A stretch of 64,000 bases of DNA from an uncultured Acidobacteriota bacterium. GTDB lineage: Bacteria; Acidobacteriota; Thermoanaerobaculia; Gp7-AA8. The notes below the pieces were generated by a model that did not search any database, had not been told where the DNA came from, and worked only from the letters and a program-made list of their open reading frames with translations. Every line of letters starts with the position of its first letter. Positions within the stretch are counted from its first letter, which is position 1. The stretch lies in NCBI GenBank assembly GCA_963822445.1, contig CAWGHO010000003.1:704001-768000 (forward strand), written 5' to 3'. This document shows, piece after piece, positions 58,780 through 64,000 of the stretch. The position numbers and the translations under genes were made by a program.

Positions 58780-59818
58780 CGATCAAACTGTTTCCAAGCG
58801 CCACCGCCTCGGCGGCGTCTGTGGCCGCTCCGTCCGCTCCGAGAAAGCGCCACAGGTCGGGCCGTTCATGAAACACGTAGCCGCCGACGATCACTTTCAC
58901 GTTGGCGCAGCGCGAATCGGAACGGAGACGCGCCACGAGGTCGCGGGCCGTGCCGAGGTGGTAGGTCATGGTGATGCCGAGGGCCACGAGGTCGGGGCGT
59001 TCGCGGCAGACGAGGTCGACCAGCGCGGCGGCGGGCGTGTTCGCGCCGATGTACAGGCCGTCCCATCCTTCCATCTCGAAAAAATCGGCGACCATCCGCG
59101 TGCCGATCTCATGCAGCTCGCTGCCGACGCAGGCCACGACGACTTTTCGCCCGGTCCGCGGCGTCGCCAGGATCTGCGGGTAGAACTGGGCCATCAAAGC
59201 CTGCGTCGACGCGGTGCAGTAATGCTCCTCGGCCACGCTGATGACGTTGTTCTGCCAGAGCCGTCCGACCTCGCGTTGCGCGGGCTGGAAGACCTGCAGG
59301 TAGAGATCGCGGATGGCAACACCATCGCGCACCGCACTCTCGATGATCGCCACGGCTTCGCGCCGGTTTCCCTGGAGCAACGCGGTGAGGTACGTGTGTG
59401 CGAGGGGCGCCCGCGGTGAGGCGTCGAGATGCGAGTGCGCTTCCGACGGCTCGCTTTCGATGGCCGCGTCGATGTAACTCCGCACGGTTTGGGCTTCCGC
59501 ATCACCGAGCGAGCGGATCACTTCCTCGCGCAGGACCTCGAGGTTCGTCTTCAGGTCGGCCCAGGGGATTTTGCGCGATTCGAGCATCTGGCGCGCCCAC
59601 TGGGTGTAGGCGACGAAGAGCGAGGGCGTCTCGAAGCGAAGCGCGTGGCCGAGGTATTGGAGGTGAAACTCCGCGTCCTCGAGGCAGCGCACGCGTCCGA
59701 CCTCGCCCCAGCGCTCCGCGAATTCCGGATGCCGCCGCAGATGCTCGGCGGCGATGCGTGCCGCGAGCTCCCGGCGGCCCGATTCCAGATGAGCGGCCGC
59801 GGCTTCGAAGGGTCCCAT
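58772..59818 (-). CDS. globin (phycobiliprotein-like) + CarH-type cobalamin-binding protein (photocobilin-like)
   Basis: RCLEDAEFHLQYL in the helical N-domain; W-x9-EH (WQNNVISVAEEH); ELHEIG; IGANTP; VGG. Confidence 0.8.
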   Translation of the reverse strand: MGPFEAAAAHLESGRRELAARIAAEHLRRHPEFAERWGEVGRVRCLEDAEFHLQYLGHALRFETPSLFVAYTQWARQMLESRKIPWADLKTNLEVLREEVIRSLGDAEAQTVRSYIDAAIESEPSEAHSHLDASPRAPLAHTYLTALLQGNRREAVAIIESAVRDGVAIRDLYLQVFQPAQREVGRLWQNNVISVAEEHYCTASTQALMAQFYPQILATPRTGRKVVVACVGSELHEIGTRMVADFFEMEGWDGLYIGANTPAAALVDLVCRERPDLVALGITMTYHLGTARDLVARLRSDSRCANVKVIVGGYVFHERPDLWRFLGADGAATDAAEAVALGNSLIDG

Positions 59819-59826
59819 GTGTGCCT

Positions 59827-60138
59827 TCAATCCGTGATGTAGCGGAAGGTGAGCATCTCCGTCGCTTCCGGCACGAGCTTGAGCCCTGCCGGGATGCCCG
59901 CGTGCGACTCGCGATAGAGATGACTGCGGTGCCACTCCCGGAAGCTGTCTTCATCACGCCAGTAAGTGAGGAGCCAGAACTCCGCCTCGTCCGCGGTGGG
60001 GGAGACCACGTCCATGCGCACGAACCCGTCGGCGCCGTCGACAAGGTGCGGACGGGCCAGAAACGCGTCGCGGACATCCGCGGCGCGTCCGTTCTTGACT
60101 TTGAATTTGGAGAGGGCGAGGAAGGCCGGGGCAGGCAT
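59827..60138 (-). CDS. antibiotic-biosynthesis-monooxygenase fold, IsdG-like heme-degrading enzyme
   Basis: F..R...VD...GF and W.....F..W..S..Y...H pattern. Confidence 0.75.
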   Translation of the reverse strand: MPAPAFLALSKFKVKNGRAADVRDAFLARPHLVDGADGFVRMDVVSPTADEAEFWLLTYWRDEDSFREWHRSHLYRESHAGIPAGLKLVPEATEMLTFRYITD

Positions 60139-60212
60139 CGGGCGAAGATTGTACGGCGCCATTCTCGCGGCGGCCGCACTCCGTGCGGAATCCAGCCGTG
60201 CTCGGCCGCCGG

Positions 60213-61125
60213 CTATTTCCTGCTGGCCGCCTCCGCGCGCCGACGACGATCGTCGAAGATAGCGTGCAGGCGCCGTTCGTTGAAGCGCAGAAAGTCGTCG
60301 AGGCGCGTCTGCCAGTCCTTCAGCAAGACCTGCTTCCGTTGGCGTGATCCTCGGCGAAGTCGAGGAACATCTCGTCGTCGTGCAGGTAATTCTTGGCGAC
60401 CGTGACGTCGCTCTTGCGTACGACGTCGCCCTTCCAGGTGGTGAGACCCATGTTCGGCCGCGTCGCTTTGGCGCGCTCAGATCAATTCCGGGGCGGTCTT
60501 TCCCGTCACCGCGAAGTGCAGCTTGTTCTGGGCAATCTGGAAGAACTGCTGCGCCTCGGCGTCCTTCGGATCGTAGTCGGCGGCCAGCGCGAGGATCTCG
60601 CGCACGCGCAGGTACATCCGGCGCTCGCTGGCGCGGATATCGCGGATGCGCGCGAGCAGCTCATCGAAGTAGTCGGGCACACCGGGCCCGGGCGGGTTCT
60701 TCAGCCGCTCGTCGTCGAGGACGAAGCCTTTGACCAGGTACTCTTCCAGGCGTGCGGTAGCCCATTGTCGGAACTGCGTTCCGCGAGCCGACCGGACCCG
60801 ATAGCCGACAGCAAGGATCACCGGCAGGCTGTAGTGCTTGAGGTTGCGACGGATCTGGCGTTCCCCTTCGCGGCGAACTTGTAAGTAATCCTTACAAGTT
60901 GAGCTTTCCTCGAGCTCGCCCTCTTCGTAAATGGCGGCGAGGTGCATGGTGATGTTCTGGGGTGTCGTCTGGAACAACTCAGCAATGTCCGCCTGCGTCA
61001 GCCAGATCGTCCCTTTGGCGAAGCGGCACTCGACCGCGTCCGTCCGTCCTCCGTCCGGTACAGCACCAGATCGCCACCAGGGGGAATCGTCAGCTCGCCG
61101 TCGCTCACGCGGGGACCTCGTTGAC
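60213..61125 (-). pseudogene. RhuM family (virulence/DNA-binding) pseudogene
   Basis: WLTQ, VGYRVRS, FRQWA, KGFVLDDERLK, IRDIRASE, MGLTTW, AKNYL. Several frameshifts and apparent internal deletions in the 3' part. Confidence 0.8.
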
Positions 61126-61182
61126 CAAGTTCGGATGGTAACAAACGTGCCGGGCCGGCCTACCCACGGTAGAAAATTCAAA

Positions 61183-61207
61183 GGTAGGCCGGAGGCCCAC
61201 ACTACAC
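61183..61207. repeat. REP family B copy
   Basis: GGTAGGCCGGAGGCCCACACTACAC, with a partial inverted mate at ~61155-61164. Confidence 0.8.
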
Positions 61208-61242
61208 GGGCGCGTATCATCTGCCCACGGGAGCAAGTTCAA

Positions 61243-63606
61243 CTGGAGCGCTCGTCCGAAGCGGACCGCTACACCATCATCGCGCCCATCGGCAAAGGCG
61301 GGATGGGAGAGGTCTTCCGTGCCCGCGATAACCGCCTCGAGCGCGACGTTGCGTTGAAGATCCTTCCCGCGGCGTATGCGAGCAATCCCGATCGCCTTCG
61401 CCGGCTGGAACAGGAAGCGCGCGCCGCCGGTCAGATCAACCATCCGAACGTCGTCGCGGTCTACGACGTCGCGACGGTCAACGGCGCGACCTGCATCGTT
61501 TCAGAATTGCTGGAAGGGGAGACTCTTGGTCAGCGCCTCGCGCGAGGCAGGATTCCGGACTCACAAGCGATTCGCTACGCCGTTCAGATTGCCGAGGGGC
61601 TGGCCGCGGCGCATCGGCGCGGGGTGGTTCATCGCGATCTCAAGCCGGACAACATCTTCCTCACCACCGATGGCGATCGCGCCAAGATTCTCGACTTCGG
61701 CCTGGCCCAGTCGTTCGAGCCGGTGCTGGACGGACCGACCGTGCCTCATCCGACTCAGCCGGGCATGGTGGTGGGGACGGTTGGCTACATGGCTCCGGAG
61801 CAGGTCCGCGGAGGAGCGGCGGATCAGCGTTCCGACATCTTCTCGTTCGGCGTCGTGCTCTTCGAGATGCTCAGCGGCCGGCGCGCGTTCCACCGCGGCA
61901 GCGCCGCCGACACGATGGTCGCCATTCTCAACGAGGAGCCGCCGGAGCTTTCCAGCGAACAACCGGGACTTCTGCCGATTCTCCGCCGCTGCCTGGCCAA
62001 GAATCCCGATGGGCGATATCAGTCGGCGCGCGATCTCGCGTTTCATCTCGAACAACTCGCATCGCTTTCGGGCTCGGCGTCGGTGCACAGTCACGCGGGT
62101 TCGCCGAAGTGGTCGTACGCCGTAGCGGCCATCCTCGCCGCGCTCCTCCTCGCGGCCTTCGTCTGGTACCTGGTCAACCAGCGCCGCGCGAGCATGCCCG
62201 CCCGCAGAACGAATTCGATTGCCGTCGTGCCGTTCGTCAACATGAGCCGCGCGCCCGATGCCGAATACTTCAGCGACGGGATGACCGAGGAATTGATCAC
62301 GGCGTTGTCGCGCGTCGAGGGGTTGCGCGTCGCGGCACGAACGTCCTCCTTCGCGTTCAAGGGAAAGCAGGGCGATGCGCGCGACATCGCAGGCAAGCTC
62401 GGCGTCGATCATCTTCTGGAAGGAAGCGTTCGCCAGACCGGCAATCGGTTGCGCGTCACGGCTCAATTGATCGACGGAAAGAACGGCTATCACGTCTGGT
62501 CGGAGACGTATGACCGGGAGATGCTGGACGTCTTTCGGATCCAGGAGGAAATCTCCCGCGAGATCGTCACCAGGCTCACGTCCGCGGCAGCGGCGCCGGC
62601 GAAAATCGAGCGCGCTTCGGCCGCAGAGTTCGCGGCGTACGACCTCTATCTGAAAGGAAACTTCCGGTTCAATCAGGCCCTCAACACGGGATCAGAAACA
62701 CAGTTGCAGCAAGCCGTCGGCCTTTACGAGCAGGCCATCGCCCGCAATCCGCGCTCTGCCGCTGCGTACTCCGGTCTGGCCAAGGCCTACACGCACTTCG
62801 AGCTCATGGGCGTACATGTCGAGGAACATCACCAGAAGGCGGAAGTAGCGGCGCGGCGCGCACTGCAGCTCGATCCGAACCTCGCCGAAGCGCACATCGC
62901 GCTCGGGGACGTTTTCTTTCATCACGGGAACAATGTCGCCGAAGCGGAACGTGAGTTTCGGCGGGCCATCGAGCTCGACCCCAACTCTGCCGAAGCGCAC
63001 TCCTACTACGGCTACCTGCTGCTACGCGAGTGTCGCGTCGACGAGGCCGGCGTGCAGGGCCGGCTCGCGGTGCAATCGTCGCCGCTCGACCTTGTCGCGA
63101 ATGTCTTTCTCGGTCACGCGCTGGTGTACGCGCGACAGTACGACGAAGCGATTCGCCATCTCGAGAACGCATTGCAGATCGACCCTCAGTCGGCCGGAAC
63201 CCTTCACATGCTCTCCGTCGCTCAGTCGATGCGCGGCGATCATGACAGGGCCATCGATGGATACAAGCGCGTGGCAGCGATGATCCCGAAGGATCCGCAA
63301 GTTCGGATCATGCAGGCCTGGCTCAACGCGCGCGCCGGGCGCGGTCAAGAGGCGTGGAAAATCGTCAATGAGGTGCTGGCCTTGCCTCCCGAGGAGCGCG
63401 TCAAAAGGAGTCACGTCCTCGGCGGGACGCACATCGTCCTGGGCGAGCACGAACGGGCTCTGGAGTGGCTGAAGAAGGGCGTCGAGACGGGGTACGTGAG
63501 CTGGTTCGATCTCAAAGCATCGCCGTGGTTCGACGCATTGCGATCGGATCCGCGCTTCACCGCACTGATCGAGCAGGCAGCGACGAAGGAAAAACGCAAG
63601 GCCTGA
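61243..63606 (+). CDS. Ser/Thr kinase with TM, TolB-N-like and TPR domains (start uncertain)
   Basis: GKGGMG, HRDLKPDN, DFG, APE; SIAVVPF, DGMTEE, LEGSVR; TPRs; SDPRF end. Confidence 0.93.
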   Translation: MERSSEADRYTIIAPIGKGGMGEVFRARDNRLERDVALKILPAAYASNPDRLRRLEQEARAAGQINHPNVVAVYDVATVNGATCIVSELLEGETLGQRLARGRIPDSQAIRYAVQIAEGLAAAHRRGVVHRDLKPDNIFLTTDGDRAKILDFGLAQSFEPVLDGPTVPHPTQPGMVVGTVGYMAPEQVRGGAADQRSDIFSFGVVLFEMLSGRRAFHRGSAADTMVAILNEEPPELSSEQPGLLPILRRCLAKNPDGRYQSARDLAFHLEQLASLSGSASVHSHAGSPKWSYAVAAILAALLLAAFVWYLVNQRRASMPARRTNSIAVVPFVNMSRAPDAEYFSDGMTEELITALSRVEGLRVAARTSSFAFKGKQGDARDIAGKLGVDHLLEGSVRQTGNRLRVTAQLIDGKNGYHVWSETYDREMLDVFRIQEEISREIVTRLTSAAAAPAKIERASAAEFAAYDLYLKGNFRFNQALNTGSETQLQQAVGLYEQAIARNPRSAAAYSGLAKAYTHFELMGVHVEEHHQKAEVAARRALQLDPNLAEAHIALGDVFFHHGNNVAEAEREFRRAIELDPNSAEAHSYYGYLLLRECRVDEAGVQGRLAVQSSPLDLVANVFLGHALVYARQYDEAIRHLENALQIDPQSAGTLHMLSVAQSMRGDHDRAIDGYKRVAAMIPKDPQVRIMQAWLNARAGRGQEAWKIVNEVLALPPEERVKRSHVLGGTHIVLGEHERALEWLKKGVETGYVSWFDLKASPWFDALRSDPRFTALIEQAATKEKRKA

Positions 63607-63609
63607 GAT

Positions 63610-64000
63610 TCAGTCTTTCTCAGGGGTCGTCGATGCCGACGGCGACCACAAAACCAGCCGCTCGCCGCCGATCTCGATCTCATCGCCCTGCTTCAGCTCC
63701 ACGGCGCCGGTCAACGGCTGCCCGTTGACGCGCGTGCCGTTCATGCTCCCGAGATCCTCCACGGTCACGGTTTCTCCGGCCACACGAACGCGTGCGTGAT
63801 GGCGCGATGTGAGCGCGGTGAAGAGCGGGATCTCCACCTCCTCGCCGCGGCCGATCAGCTGATCTCCTTCGCGAAGCGGATACCGCCTGGTGTCGTGGAG
63901 GAGCGTGAACGGCGATGAGCTCTCGACCTTCGGCGCCGCCCTGATCTCTTCGACCGGCGCGACGAATTTGTAGCCGCGCTTTCGGGTCGTCTGCACGTAC
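63610..64000 (-). CDS. winged-helix + FHA domain regulator, 5'-partial
   Basis: T.RKRGY end of wHTH; IGR, SRHHA, DLGSMNGTRVNG FHA motifs. Confidence 0.88.
   Translation of the reverse strand, partial: YVQTTRKRGYKFVAPVEEIRAAPKVESSSPFTLLHDTRRYPLREGDQLIGRGEEVEIPLFTALTSRHHARVRVAGETVTVEDLGSMNGTRVNGQPLTGAVELKQGDEIEIGGERLVLWSPSASTTPEKD

Overview
GC-rich bacterial chromosomal window. The gene content (Ser/Thr kinases with TolB-like or TPR tails, wHTH-FHA regulator, C25 peptidase, TonB receptors) is typical of Acidobacteriota, probably Thermoanaerobaculia-like; this is an inference. It holds about 55 CDSs, a cobalamin riboswitch in front of a BtuB-like receptor, several REP/REPIN palindrome families and 7-8-mer tandem hairpins. 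I found no rRNA, tRNA or CRISPR array. Several otherwise intact genes carry single-base frameshifts, probably long-read assembly errors. Highlights: (1) a complete IS110-family (IS1111-type) element inserted into a REP, whose 3' non-coding region contains short segments matching both its target flanks and its own ends, i.e. a readable bridge/seek RNA; (2) an operon of an IsdG-like heme monooxygenase, a phycobiliprotein-like globin + CarH-type B12 protein (photocobilin-like) and a sensor-less histidine kinase; (3) a split PEP-synthase/rifampin-phosphotransferase-like kinase whose ATP-grasp half is fused to an MFS transporter; (4) a cis-prenyltransferase + DUF2236 oxygenase operon; (5) REP sequences translated in frame inside proteins; (6) unannotated small ORFs and many apparently leaderless genes.
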